The position numbers and the translations under genes were made by a program. DNA of 62,919 nucleotides, filler included, from Dicyema japonicum (lineage: Eukaryota; Animalia; Dicyemida), in NCBI GenBank assembly GCA_011109175.1. It is 14 parts of 13 records of this genome, joined end to end, with 100 filler letters (N's around TTAATTAATTAA, not from the genome) between each part and the next. Parts side by side here need not be neighbours in the genome. Positions count along the whole stretch, not along the records: positions 46,758 to 51,472 come from RDEW01000055.1; positions 51,573 to 55,064 come from RDEW01000098.1; positions 55,165 to 58,800 come from RDEW01000269.1; positions 58,901 to 61,242 come from RDEW01000030.1; positions 61,343 to 62,919 come from RDEW01000335.1; 9 more parts are not named here. One strand, given 5' to 3'. Shown here in pieces: positions 50,465 to 62,867 of the stretch; the stretch's first letter is position 1; every line of letters begins with the position of its first letter. Under the pieces are notes generated by a model. It worked only from the letters and a program-made list of their open reading frames with translations, was not told the origin of the DNA and did not search any database.

Positions 50465-50580
50465 ATGTTAGTTGAGGAAGCCGGCTGCGTGATAGAGAAC
50501 GAGTTCCCTCGGAGTATGGCCATTTCAATCTTTTGTCTCAGCCATATCGCTTCTCGTTGATCCCTTCTCTTTCTTAAAAT
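50465..50580 (-). mobile_element. CRE-clade 3' fragment
   Basis: RRDQREAIWLRQKIEMAILRGNSFSI. Confidence 0.75.
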
Positions 50581-50639
50581 AAATCACAAAAATTAAGTTG
50601 ACGTGACTAGTCCTTGTATTATTGTTTCCAATGCCATTC

Positions 50640-51470
50640 TATGATGGCATAGATGGACTTGACCTTCGGTTTTCTAGGAATATACTCTTTAAAGTCCTTG
50701 TAAGACAGTATTTTTCATATAGGCTCGTAAATACCTATCAACTTTTAAATGTCTAAATATTTCTTGTGGTTTTTTGCGACAATTCTTTCCACTCATTACA
50801 CATGGTATGATGAGGGCCTCTCATCTATGCATTATGCACAATTCGCTTGTCAGAATTTCCCAATTACACTTTTTATCGACCTAGCGATTAAATGGCAACT
50901 TCCATAATCACAATCTCTCCTGAGACTGTCCGGTTTATTGAATAGATGTCCGAAAATACAATAATAGATGTTCGAATATTGTTATCGACCTTTATTAGAA
51001 CCCAGTTTTTCTCTACTACAGACTCTCAACATTTGTCAGTAACTTTTTGAAATTTTTGATTTCGTACTTATGCATCTGACAACTTCATTATGTTATCTAA
51101 TGTACTCGCGCATTTAGTAGGCAAATTACGACAGATGTGCATTTTGACTTACAATGATGACACATCTTCGATCCACTCCAAAACAGATCTTTACCTTGAT
51201 TGTAGGTACAATGCCTTCACTCCGAGGTGCATTATTACCTTATTTTAAGCACTTGATGAAGACTCAACATCATGCGGATTATCCACCGCCTTGAAGAGGA
51301 TTGATCGAAAGTCTTTTATAGTTATCTTTTGAATCAAGATTTCTTACTGTAACTTGATCAACACCTTTTCATCCCAATCTCATCGTCATTATATTTGGCA
51401 GACAAAAAAGCTCTTTAGTACCTAGGTTGGTGACCCGGCATTTCGATATATCTTATGTACACTGACACAT
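50640..51470 (-). mobile_element. Divergent, heavily degraded R4/Dong-like 3' fragment
   Basis: IKVDNNIRT, EIVIMEVAI and RHLKVDRYLRAYMKNTVL remnants. Confidence 0.55.
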
Positions 51471-51769
51471 TANNNNNNNNNNNNNNNNNNNNNNNNNNNN
51501 NNNNNNNNNNNNNNNNTTAATTAATTAANNNNNNNNNNNNNNNNNNNNNNNNNNNNNNNNNNNNNNNNNNNNATCAGCTTTTTAGTCACTTTTCATTTTA
51601 GGAAGTCTTGAAATTTGTATAAGACATTTGAAATAAATTTGGAGATTTCTACATCTCACTTTTCAGCATTCAAAACGGAACATATTTTTTATAAAAAATT
51701 GAGTTGTTGAATGTTAACATGGCTCAGTGGATCATCAATCCATTTAATAATGCACTTTACGAAGAGCCA

Positions 51770-52130
51770 TATTAGCTATAGCTCCTCCCAGGCAGGACCA
51801 CTTTATTTATGTAAAAACAGTTATCATAACTAATCATTGAGGGAGAACAAAGGAATGCTCTTCGCTTCTAATGCCTTTATTGACCAAAGTAATAACAGCC
51901 ATTTCAAGAGACCAATATTATAACTCCGCACAGGCAGGGAACACGATTTATTAAAGCGAATAACAGTTATGCTAACTAATGGTTGATAGGGAGGCAAAGA
52001 ATGTTCTGTAACTTTTTTTCTTTTTGTTTTGTGTGAGTTTTTATAAACGATCCGGTTCAACAGTGAGGTATTCGCTGATAACGGTGTCACTCATCGAAAC
52101 AGAAGCATTGTAGATGGGTGGAACTTTCTG
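51770..52130 (-). mobile_element. Old, diverged copy of the tRNA-derived SINE with an internal insertion
   Basis: acgaagagccatattagctatagctcc.. and gtattcgctgataacggtgtcactc match the SINE tail and body. Confidence 0.65.
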
Positions 52131-52389
52131 CTAGAATGTATTTGAAACATTCAGAACTTTTCAAAGGGATTTATAACATTGACAAAAAATCGCCTTAATT
52201 ATTGTCCCATGGCATCGCATCCGCTTGTGCCACAATGTCCAGTCAAATTCTTAAGCTTGAACATCTCACAACCAATGTTTAATCACCAAGTAAAAATCTA
52301 TTTTTTTATTTTGAAAAAATATTCATTTAAATGATTTAAATTTTTTCTTAATTAAACACGTTTTATTTAACAATAAAATATTATTTATT

Positions 52390-52482
52390 AACAATAACGG
52401 GGGAGAGAGGCTGCTGACATTACGGAGTAAGAGTTTCCGCGGACAACTGCAATCCCGATTCTTTTCCTCAGCCAGACCGCTT
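52390..52482 (-). mobile_element. CRE-clade 3' end
   Basis: AVWLRKRIGIAVVRGNSYSVMSAA; similar to 13-100. Confidence 0.75.
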
Positions 52483-52494
52483 AATGATTTAGAT

Positions 52495-53182
52495 CAGTGG
52501 TTCTCAACCTTTTTTGGTAGCGGACCCCTTGTGAGTGAATAAAAAAATTCGCGGACCCCCAACATATTTTTACAAGTTTTTTGTCAAAAAATTATTACTT
52601 TTCTAAAAACACAATTTATTATTAAAAAAGGAAATAAAATTAATGAGAAGGTTGATGTTGTTTTTTTGAGGCAATTTTTTCAATTTAAGACTCGGTTATT
52701 TCCTTCTTTAGCTCCTTAGTTCTTTCGACAAAACCCTTATTCCTGTATGAAACAATCATTGACTCAAAAGTTTTACGTATAACCAATGATTGAATATACG
52801 TATAGGTTCTTTCGCTTATGTTCGGAGATCTGGAATGTTCCCACGAGTGTGAGGTTACAAATCCATCTCAGGTCAGTACTATTGGGACAATCCTCACTTT
52901 CACATGGTGTATTGATTCTAGTTCTTTCGATAAAAGGTCATACTTTCTCAATTGTTCGAATTCTACTTGTTGGAGATTTTGGGTTGATTTTATACCCACT
53001 TCAACCAACAGTATTTGATTTTTGTTTTTTATTGTAGATAAACAAATCTGGCTTGTATGATTTAATTATATTATATATTAATTTGAAATTATTATAAGTA
53101 AAAAATAAAATTTAAATAAAAATTCAGAAGTATCTCGTGAACCCCCTGGAATCTTTCGCGGACCCCAGGTTAAGAACCACTG
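52495..53182. mobile_element. hAT MITE with 8-bp TSD, carrying a nested R4/Dong-like 3' fragment
   Basis: TIRs CAGTGGTTCTCAACCT and AGGTTAAGAACCACTG (15/16 match); TSD ATTTAGAT/ATTTAAAT. The internal minus strand at about 52640-53050 encodes LRKYDLLSKEL...IVPIVLT...YIQSLVIRKTFES. Confidence 0.88.
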
Positions 53183-54589
53183 ATTTAAATGATTAATTTT
53201 TTACTGGAATACGTATACATACACTTTGGTCAGCCCACAATAGGGTTAGGGTAAAATTTAAATAATTGAAATCTTGTATGCATCGATAGATTTTGATAAT
53301 AACCCAAATACAAAAAAATGCTGTTATATAGTCATTTTTCAAGTGAAATTTATATTGCTACATTCGAAAATTATCTCCACAAAGTAACTTATTTTTTATT
53401 TATTTAACCCAAGACCAGCTAGACAGGGGTGTGCCAAAGCTTTCTGTTCTCCGGGGAGATTGTATGATAATGGTGTGCCTTATAACTAGTTAAAATCGGT
53501 AATAAATGAATCGATGCTGATCAAAATTAACCTGACATGCGCTGATTTGACATCAAAAACCTCAAATATGATTGTATCTGTTTTAACTTTGTAAAAGAAC
53601 GTTCACAACTGACAATTGAGTAGCCAAAGTCTTCAGCGCTATCAGTAGAACGTGTGATCGCTAGAAGCCAATTTTGTCTATGATGAAAAAACATCGAGAA
53701 AAAAATGAGTATAGAATAATATGAACTCTATGACTTGGATCTGCTTCCTCCTACAGCGTGCTGCTAGGAGTGGCTGCCTTTATGGTCCCCCTCTAGGCAC
53801 GCACATGCAGCTGGACGATATAGAATCAACCCTCGATAGAAATTCCAGAAGAATCAAATCACGTTCCTTTCCAGACATCTCCACCTCTTGGATAAATCAC
53901 AGTTTTTGCATCCTCACTTACCAGCTTGGTGATATTATCAATCAAATCTTTTCCAGGTCCACCAATACACTAAGGGACTTGTGGGTACGCCTAGATTCTC
54001 TTTAATACGTTTCAATGTCTCTGACAAAATATCGCTTGCCATATCTTAAATTCTTCGAAATATCCTATCATTCGAAGGGAAACCTACTTAAATTTAGATG
54101 CGATCACCTCCAAGAACATATCTGCTATGGAGACAACAGAAGGGTTTTTTTAGAAATTCACCTTAAGCGTTCTATTTTTCGCAATTATATAGGCAAATTA
54201 TTTTGCAAATAAAAAGCAAAATTACTTTATAGGATGCACAAAAAGTAGTCTTATTTTTTGAAAACATTGCCAGTGACAAAATTTTAAGGGTCATATTTTA
54301 GCGTTTAACATAATACTGTTCAAGAGTGAGGTTGACATTCAGATGGCAAAAATTAATCAAATTTTTATAAATATGATTTTATTGATTTTTAAATTTAAAA
54401 TTCATGGTGACCCCATGATTTAAAATTCTCTAGACCCAGTTGAAAAAGCTGTTGTAAGTCATTTGCAAAGGCATCATTTAGAAAACCACCTGGAAAACTG
54501 ATTTTTTGATAAGATACTTTTAAACTCTACTGGTCTCCTAAAAGTTAGTGAGGCCGGGGCTACTTAACTAACTAAACTCTACTACCTAC

Positions 54590-54740
54590 TTCCATTTTAC
54601 CAACTTCTCTTCAAGTTTCGGAAACGTGGGTTTATATGCAGCTCTAAAATACAGTTGATATTTTTTAGAATCTTTCAAAATAGTGTATTTCTTCAGTAAA
54701 TGATTAATTTTTTTTCTGTATATAGTCTTTCGAAACAAGT
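54590..54740 (-). mobile_element. pogo/Tigger HTH fragment
   Basis: YKPTFPKLEEKLVKW. Confidence 0.55.
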
Positions 54741-55499
54741 GCGAGAATCTATCCACCGATTACAGGCACAAAATATCATCATTTTATAAAGGGCAATTTA
54801 AAAATTGGCCAATTAATAAGAAGAATAGGATTTTTTTCTTTGTGGCCAATTTAAAAACAGGACAATTTGCGAGGTTTGACTTTACGTGAGTTAGAATCAA
54901 TAGGCGACGAGTCCTTCTGGCACGACACAGTTATTAAAAAGATCTTCCTACCTTTCCCCCTGACCAAACCCTCTGATGAAGATTGCATTATGAAAACTAT
55001 TCCGCTAAAGAATGAAGTGATGTCCGCGACGGTAGGACTTGTGAAAAAATGGAAAAGGGCGGACNNNNNNNNNNNNNNNNNNNNNNNNNNNNNNNNNNNN
55101 NNNNNNNNTTAATTAATTAANNNNNNNNNNNNNNNNNNNNNNNNNNNNNNNNNNNNNNNNNNNNAGATCCTTTTTGGAAAATGGACGTCTCCTGAGAGAT
55201 GTGGATGAAGTGATGACTCTGAAGGAGTCAATAGGCAAAAATGAATCCTACGACCAGGTAGGTAGTGTTGTAAGAATCGAACCATGAAACTCAGTGACTA
55301 TTCCAGTTCATATCTATTACTACCATTTGAACCGACCGCGTCAATTATGTCTGGGAGGATCAATAATTAGAACTTAGTGTTTTTGTAAAAATAAAAATAA
55401 CTAATTTATCTGAGAAAAACAAAATCGATCATAAAAACCTAATTTCCGTTAACTCAACATGCAAATACAGCACGCCATATTCGACGCTGAAATTCCTGG

Positions 55500-55625
55500 G
55501 TCGTCTAGGGAATCGGACTTCTACACGAACAAGATATCTACGTGAACGCTCCTGGCTTTTGAACGAGTCTCACTAGCCATCCAGAGAGGGAATAGTCATG
55601 CAGGCGGGGCGGTTACTGTATAACC
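55500..55625 (+). mobile_element. CRE-clade 3' fragment
   Basis: LRERSWL.FERVSLAIQRGNSHA; same subfamily as 50000-50190. Confidence 0.7.
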
Positions 55626-56199
55626 CTCAGTTGATTGTTTCCTTCACATACGTGGATATCATGATTCTACGAAATGGAATAATAATACTCTATGTTATTT
55701 ACGAACACAAGCGCCAATTTATAAGCCTTCCTTATTGTGAGTCAGGGAAAGGTAACGGATTTGGGAGAACCGAAATCTGATGTTCTGATATTAAGAAAAC
55801 CTGTTATGAATGAAGTATACAAGTTCTAATTCTGTCAGACCCGAAATTGAAAGGACTTGGAGGATCATCTGTCTCAAACTGTATGAATGAAAAAGGAATA
55901 CTAATCTACTGATGGACATTTCATTTTTGGACCAGTCGTCTTCGAAACATGAGGAGTCATTAACCTTACTGAAACACATTGGATCGCTGTCATAAGGAGG
56001 AAAAAATAAGAGATAAAGGAACAGGCTTATAAATCTATTTCTTTACGAATCGTAAACGAAATGCGATTTCAATTCTGAGAACGGCGAACCTTGACTGAAA
56101 AAAATATCCGTAAAGAGATATTATGTACCCTAACATATTCTGATATATTGACGATTATATTATTAAGAACGTTTGAGAAATAATAATTTAACTTTTAAT

Positions 56200-56420
56200 T
56201 CCCGTTGCTCACTTTGGGATACCCGGAGGATATCAGCAGAAGGAAGTTACTGGGCACTATCTTTAAGAAAATTTGGAATATTTGGGTACGAAGAAGGCAC
56301 ATCTTTCGCAGAATACGACTAAAATTTATAAAACGTTTATCCGATCCATTCTGTTATACGTGAACCTGAAGGAAAGTAAACAGGAGCTTGAAAACTTACA
56401 AGTTTCATCGGCGTCACCTC
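56200..56420 (+). mobile_element. RTE-like LINE post-RT fragment
   Basis: With frameshifts it reads IFKKIWNIWVRRRH....LKFIKRL..SILLY, related to 45800-45900. Confidence 0.5.
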
Positions 56421-56517
56421 TCAAAATACAATGTCCGAGGAAAATATAAATGAAAAATTATGTAAAATAGGAAATACTTAACTAAAAGCCATCAATAGTT
56501 GACGTCATCAGAAACAG

Positions 56518-56589
56518 TCTGCGTTGGTCTAGTAGTTAAGATTTCGGATTTTCATTTCGGATACCCGGGTTCGATTCCCGGAGGCGGAA
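56518..56589 (+). tRNA. tRNA-Glu (TTC)
   Basis: TCTGCGTTGGTCTAGTAGTTAAGATTTCGGATTTTCATTTCGGATACCCGGGTTCGATTCCCGGAGGCGGAA folds as a cloverleaf with anticodon loop TT-TTC-AT. It has a perfect B box and one acceptor-stem mismatch. Confidence 0.88.
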
Positions 56590-56595
56590 TTTTTT
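56590..56595 (+). terminator. Pol III T-tract terminator
   Basis: TTTTTT immediately follows the tRNA discriminator base. Confidence 0.75.
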
Positions 56596-56906
56596 GAAAT
56601 TTATAATTCCATTATATTAACTCTAGAGCAGCCGCACTTAATTAAAGATATGTTAAGTTATTGAATAAGTTTGATTTAACTTAACGTGATAATAAAAATT
56701 TTGTGTTATAGAACTACGACACTTTTATAAAGGAGGAAGCTATTACATTTGATTCTATGTTGAGAGTACGAACACATAAATTGGAAGTAGTTATTTTAAT
56801 TTTTTATATAATAAAATATATAAAGCTAGAGGAGAGACTTTTTTTTACAGCGAGTCGGACTACTTGCCAACTGCATGATAAATTAAATCGATGCAATCTC
56901 CCGGAT

Positions 56907-57102
56907 TATAATAATAATAATAAAGCCTTTTCACGAGAGCCATAGTATTTTATAGCTCCGCATAGGCAGGACACACACTTTATTTAAGTAAAGAACAGTT
57001 AATTTTAACTAATCGTAGAACCAAGGAATGATCTTCACTTCTTTTTTTTTCTTTTTCTTGTGTGAGTGTCCTTTCTAGACAAATCCAGTTCCGCAGTGAG
57101 TA
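56907..57102 (-). mobile_element. 5'-truncated young copy of the SINE
   Basis: Nearly identical reverse complement of about 3525-3715, including the tail. Confidence 0.9.
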
Positions 57103-58399
57103 CTTTGTAATAATCTCAAAAGGCCGCTGTCTTGTATAAAGTTTTGATTTACTATAATCCCGTACAATGTCTTTTATGAAGTCAATATAACTTCCAATAT
57201 TTCCCTTGGATGAACTCGTGGAAGAAACCCATATTTTAATTGATTGGTTAAATCTATTGAGATAAAAAACAAAAACCGCTCTACTTGTCCTTGTATCCAA
57301 GTAGCTCGTGACGTCCTGTAACATGCGAAATGGCAAATTTATCGTGTAACTCTTGCAAGTGCTGATTCTAAGTATATACCATTTTTATAATGTAGGGTCT
57401 TTGAAAATGAATTGTTCGGCACATCTTTTGATATTTGCCCGTTCTCTCCAGTCAGGGCAAATATCTATCTTACCAGTAGCACAGTTGATCCTAATTTTTT
57501 CCAAGGTATCACGTGTTAGGTTCACTAGATAAATGTTTTATAAATTAATATTTTAAATAAAATATGTACTATATGTAATTTTAATATTATTAATAATTTT
57601 TTCCAATTAAAGTTTTACTAAGAAATTTTTTTTGGTATTTTGTGATGAATCTCGCATTTACGGCGTCTTGCGTGTATGGACTGTAACAAATAATTTATTA
57701 ATAAAAACGAGGTAAAATAGATTTGGCGTTTTTTGTGTAAATCACATGCTAGCATGAGTTGGTGACTTTGCGCGAACTTTACCGCTTTATTACCTCTGAT
57801 GAACAAATCATTAAGAATTCGCAGAAATTTGTTAAAATGGTGGTTTTTACTGTTTCCGACAAGTCAGAGGTGATTATTCTGGTAGTTCCTAGCACAACGT
57901 TTATTTTAAAAATCTATCTTTTCCTTAGGGTTTTAGAAAGGACGAGATCAGACGTGCATCCTCTACTTTCATTGTTCTGAACTTTGGTTTTCCAATGCTT
58001 CCTGCCCCGAAACCTCTTCCGTGCTCATGGAAAAAAGGAAAACTGGATGACCAACCCACGTTTCAAAATACCACCAAATGCCGTTAGTCAGCTTACATCA
58101 TGGACTAATCCACGACCACCCCTCACTTGGGCTCAAACGTCCTCCCCCTAAAATGAACAACTAATGCTTACAAGGCTGTCTTCTTCTCCACAGGTTTTTC
58201 ATATTTGCACCGACTTATCCTCTTCATCAACAACACTCTGGTCCCTAAGTCTCGATATGAAGAACATCTAAGAATCACCCACATCTCCCACATAGTAGTT
58301 GGTGACCGAATATCTGCAAGCGTGCGACTTTTTGGTGGGAGCTGTCTAAAAAAAATAATCGAATATAAAAAGAACTATCTATATTCGATCAATATCATA

Positions 58400-58800
58400 T
58401 GCAGGCCAGAGAATCCAAATGTTTAATGAATGGGAGTCTCACAAGGACCTCTATTATTTAATGTTCTAATGGCCGGTTTCCCGTCTCCGAGATCATCAAG
58501 TACGAGATCTCTGATATACGCAGACGATACGCTACTTTCTGTTGTGTCGAGATTGAATATGATCTCGGAGAGGAGACTCAATGTGTATATGGAAGAGATA
58601 AAAGACTGGTGCGGACCCCTCGGATTAAAACTGTTTAATGCAATAAGTTTTTTCGGTCGACTCCAGATATGGCAGGAGTTGTGGTGAGAAGCCAATACCC
58701 TCTACTTTTCTTTTCGTTAAAAAAACCATTTATCATATGGCTTTATTCAAAGTCCAAAGGATCCACTTAAACCCTTGTGTTTGCAGTGTGGTGGGGATTT
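58400..58800 (+). mobile_element. Jockey/I-like RT fragment
   Basis: GVSQGPLLFNVLM...SLIYADDTLL. Confidence 0.7.
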
Positions 58801-60046
58801 NNNNNNNNNNNNNNNNNNNNNNNNNNNNNNNNNNNNNNNNNNNNTTAATTAATTAANNNNNNNNNNNNNNNNNNNNNNNNNNNNNNNNNNNNNNNNNNNN
58901 GTGGTGACGCACTTCTATAAACGAAATATCTTCATCTCCCAAAACTCAATACAAGTTAAACTTTCTCTTCTCTTGCGGATGGGAAAAATGTCGGACTCAA
59001 AAGTAGTTGGCTACCCAAGTTTCCATATTAAGCAAGAGGCTAATATAATTTCTCCCAAAATTTGAGAAAATCTAAAATATCTCCACGTCTTGAATACGAT
59101 TTCTTCCTTTTCTCACACTCACCGTATTAAATAGACATTAATTTAGTAGAATCTTGTGATTCCATTTTTGCCATGCATCTCTGAATACGCACTGTAAGTC
59201 GTTTTTATCCTCCCCTGTTTTTCGCAACCGCCCTTTGATCATCAAGATCCTCTCCTGTTTTTATCTTCTTCCTATACATGTGCGTTCTTTGTCGACCTCG
59301 ATACGTTGTTTTGTTTAATATTGAAAAGTATGAATCCATCGCCTAATTGGCCAATGCCATTTCAGAAGCCCTTAGGAAATGTCCAAGCGCTGCCAATTAT
59401 GTCAGAATTAACTAGGAGGATTTTTTTATTCTGTTTTATGTTTTATTAATAGTTATTTGCATACAAGATGAGTCTTTTATATAAGAAAATCTAATCTGCA
59501 TTCAATAGTAACGCGTGACATCATGTGGTGCTGCGTGGCTAATTGGTTTAAGTTTATGTTTGTTAGTCTGCTCCTCCTCTCTCGTCCTATTAGAGTTGCT
59601 TCATGTAATCCACTTGTCTAGGTGGCGCTCAGTGCCAGGCCGGCACGGAAAAGGATCATTTGATCTCCCCCACTCCACTGAAGGGTTTCCAAAACTGCAA
59701 GTAGAATCATTTTGTGACAACTACCTAAAACCTTAAATTTGAATGATCATAACAAAATTTTAATATAAAAACGATTTAAAAAATCAAAAACTTCTTTAGT
59801 ACCAGACAAATAAACTGTATTTAAAGTAGCACGATGAATAGAAATGTTAAATTTATAAACAGTAGTTTTCAATCCAATTATTAGATTTGGATTGAAATAG
59901 AGTTATCGCTAACCAACGCTTTAGCGTTTGATTTTAGCGTTCCACCTGCCTTGTGATTGAAGGTGTTTTGGTCTACCATGAATCGCCGTTATCCCCCGAT
60001 CGCATAATAATCCTGAAACTTCAATGTTACCCTTTTCAAGCTTAAT

Positions 60047-60745
60047 CGATTTATTGACTCAAAATAAAAATTTTTGTTTTTTGAGGGAACAAGGGACCGA
60101 TCCTTCGACCTCTTTTATTTTCGACCCTTTTCTCGCTTAATCGCTTTAATGACTCAAACTAAAATTTTTTGTTTTCTGAGGGAACAAGGGACCGATCCTT
60201 CGACTTCTTCTATTTTCGATTCTTTTTACGTTTAATCGCTTTATTGACTCAAAATAAATTTTTTTGTTTTTTGAGGGAACAAGGGACCGATCCTTCGACC
60301 TCTTCTATTTTCGACCCTTTTTACGCTTAATCGCTTTATTGACTCAAAATAAATTTTTTTGTTTTTTGAGGGAACAAGGGACAGATCCTTCGACCCTTTT
60401 TACGCTTAATCGTTTTATTGACTCAAAATAAAATTTTTTGTTTTTTGAGGGAACAAGGGACAGATCTTTCGAAGCAAAACTTAGTGGTTGTGATAAATTT
60501 GTCTTATCAACCCGGAAAGTATCAACAGCCCGGACGCTATCACATACGACAATAAATAAATAAAATAAAATAGTGACGTACAAAATAAAATTTTTTGTTT
60601 TTTGAGGGAACAAGGGACAGATCTTTCAAGGCAAAACTGAGTGGTTGTGATAAATTTTTCTTATCAACCCGGAAAGTATCAATAACCCGGACGCTATCAC
60701 ATACGACAATAAATAAATTAAATAAAATAGTGACTTACAGGGATC
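60047..60745. repeat. Compound tandem array (about 95-bp unit plus an approximately 150-bp higher-order unit)
   Basis: TTTTTGAGGGAACAAGGGACMGATC occurs six times; GTGGTTGTGATAAATT...CCCGGACGCTATCACATACGACAATAAA occurs twice. Confidence 0.9.
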
Positions 60746-61387
60746 ACCGTTAAAAAAGTAAATAGAATAATTCATATAATCCCAGTTCAATATATTAGTT
60801 TCCTTCATTGTAGTTACCGAAACATCTTCATCATGATTGCGCATAAATCTATTATGGAGGAGATCTTCTGGGTTGATGACTCTTTTTTGCATGGGACAGA
60901 CTAAGTGAAGGAAATTTCTGCATTCTTCACAAAAGCGAAGGAAGACGACTCCACATTTTTGTGAAGGTTTGCTTCCATGGTTCGTTAACTAGTTTAAAGC
61001 AATTTTGATCAGCTTTGGTGGTGAGTGATATGTATGATACCTAGCTTAGGGAGACATAAAAGAACAATACATTTTTAAGTTTGCCGTTTGTCGACCTGCT
61101 ACATTGTGAATCCCTCTCTTCCTTACTGCACTGCAGGGAGCCTCATAATGACGAATATAAACGTAGTCAATTTTTGGAGATATGATATAGTAGAAAGAGG
61201 TTAATAGTTAATTAATGTCTATCCAGTCCCTCAGTTGGAGTGNNNNNNNNNNNNNNNNNNNNNNNNNNNNNNNNNNNNNNNNNNNNTTAATTAATTAANN
61301 NNNNNNNNNNNNNNNNNNNNNNNNNNNNNNNNNNNNNNNNNNTTAATTGACTTTCACTCAATATAAGGGCATAAGACATTTTAAAAG

Positions 61388-62867
61388 CTAAAAGTAATCA
61401 CGCATAGCAGAGAAACTCCATATCTCAAGGTTTTTGATGACAAAATCAGAAGAAACCGTGAGACATTCACTGTCAAAAGTCCTGCAAGGTATCGTAGTCC
61501 CATTACAAAGATCATTGTCAATCCACAGTCCGTAGAACCCACTACCAATTCCAACAAACAACCCACTCTGACATTCCAAATATGAGTTCATCGTTACTGC
61601 ACTTAATGAAATAATCATTCCCCCCTGACCATCGGAAGATCTACAATAAAACACTAATAAACCCTAAAAGTTGGATGAAAGCTAAACAAATAAGTCTCCC
61701 CCGTACCATAAAACGACTTACATGGTCTCAGAGGGTGAGACAGATAAATTCCAAAGACCCACATTCTCCCATTAAAGGTACCTTATTATGAGTGTCCTGG
61801 ATTACAAGTAGAGAAGGGCACTCAAACTCTCCGTAAGCCCTGATCAGTCGCATAAGGGAGTATCCATCATTATGAGTAGAAAAGATCACCTTCCAATTCT
61901 CACAACAAACACGAGGAGGCACGTGAATAAAAATCTACATTATAGCATAAAATGACCTTATTTATTTATGCTCTTTCGAATGAGGAGGCAGAGACGACGT
62001 CAGTGTAATAGTAATCGGATATCGCGGACTCATTTTTAAAGAGACTCGTCGTTTTAGAACCAACTCTGATAGTCTTCAGTGACTTTGTGGGGGCAAAGCA
62101 GATGTCTCTGAAACTCAAATCCTCTGAAATTAAACAAAAAATACATCGGGAGGTTAATCTCAAGCCAAAATTCGTTTGCCACGGAAGCGTCAGTACCCAT
62201 AAATCTGAGCCGAATATATATTAGCTCTGCTAAAGTTAAGAGACCGAATATACCGGGTGAATCCAACACGGGGGAAGTAATATCCTACATAAATACTAAA
62301 ATATACATTATGTGATAAAGTGATAACCCCTGATGGCTAATCTCGCATAATAATAACGTACCTTCAGGTAAATTTGAAAAAGAAGAGAGGGAAACGAGGT
62401 TGGAAACAGCTTCTTCAATGTGAAATATCTCAACTCCGTGATTCAAGGCATGAACGTCATCCAATTCTGCGTCGAAATACATATTATTCACTGTAACAAT
62501 TAAATTCCCAGCGGCACAGCCCCAATGTTAGTGTTAAACCCAACCAGGTCTGCAGTAATGTGTCTAGCCTTTGATTCGAAGAGGATCGGATCCTTGATGT
62601 GCATAGAGTGTCTCACAGCATGGTTATCTGGTTGGTCCACTTTTTGGGATTCTTGGGTGATAGAACATGGCTTTCTGATAATGAGAGTCTGTCCGGGGAA
62701 GACATAAGTCGAAGTGATTCGGTTTAAGTGAGCTATTCTCTGAGGAGTGGTCCCATGCATGGCGGCAACAGATGAGAGAGTGATTGGAGAAGTAACCTAA
62801 AATAATAAGGCTACTTAACTTTATATGACAGCAATTCAGTCGACTTTATTGCCTCATCTTCTTCCAT
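61388..62867 (-). CDS. OXR1/NCOA7-like LysM plus TLDc protein
   Basis: LysM: YKVTSPITLSSVAAMHGTTPQRIAHLN...VFPGQTL. TLDc: WKVIFST.NDGYSL, VFGIYLS, FYGTGETYLF, GLWIDNDL and DFVIKNLEIWSF*. Introns are 22-25 nt, for example 62797-62819. Confidence 0.92.

Noticed and set aside
53700-54250. Minus-strand RT-like remnant (HKSLSVLVDLEK)
   Set aside because: A single weak motif amid many stops is too little to assign a family.
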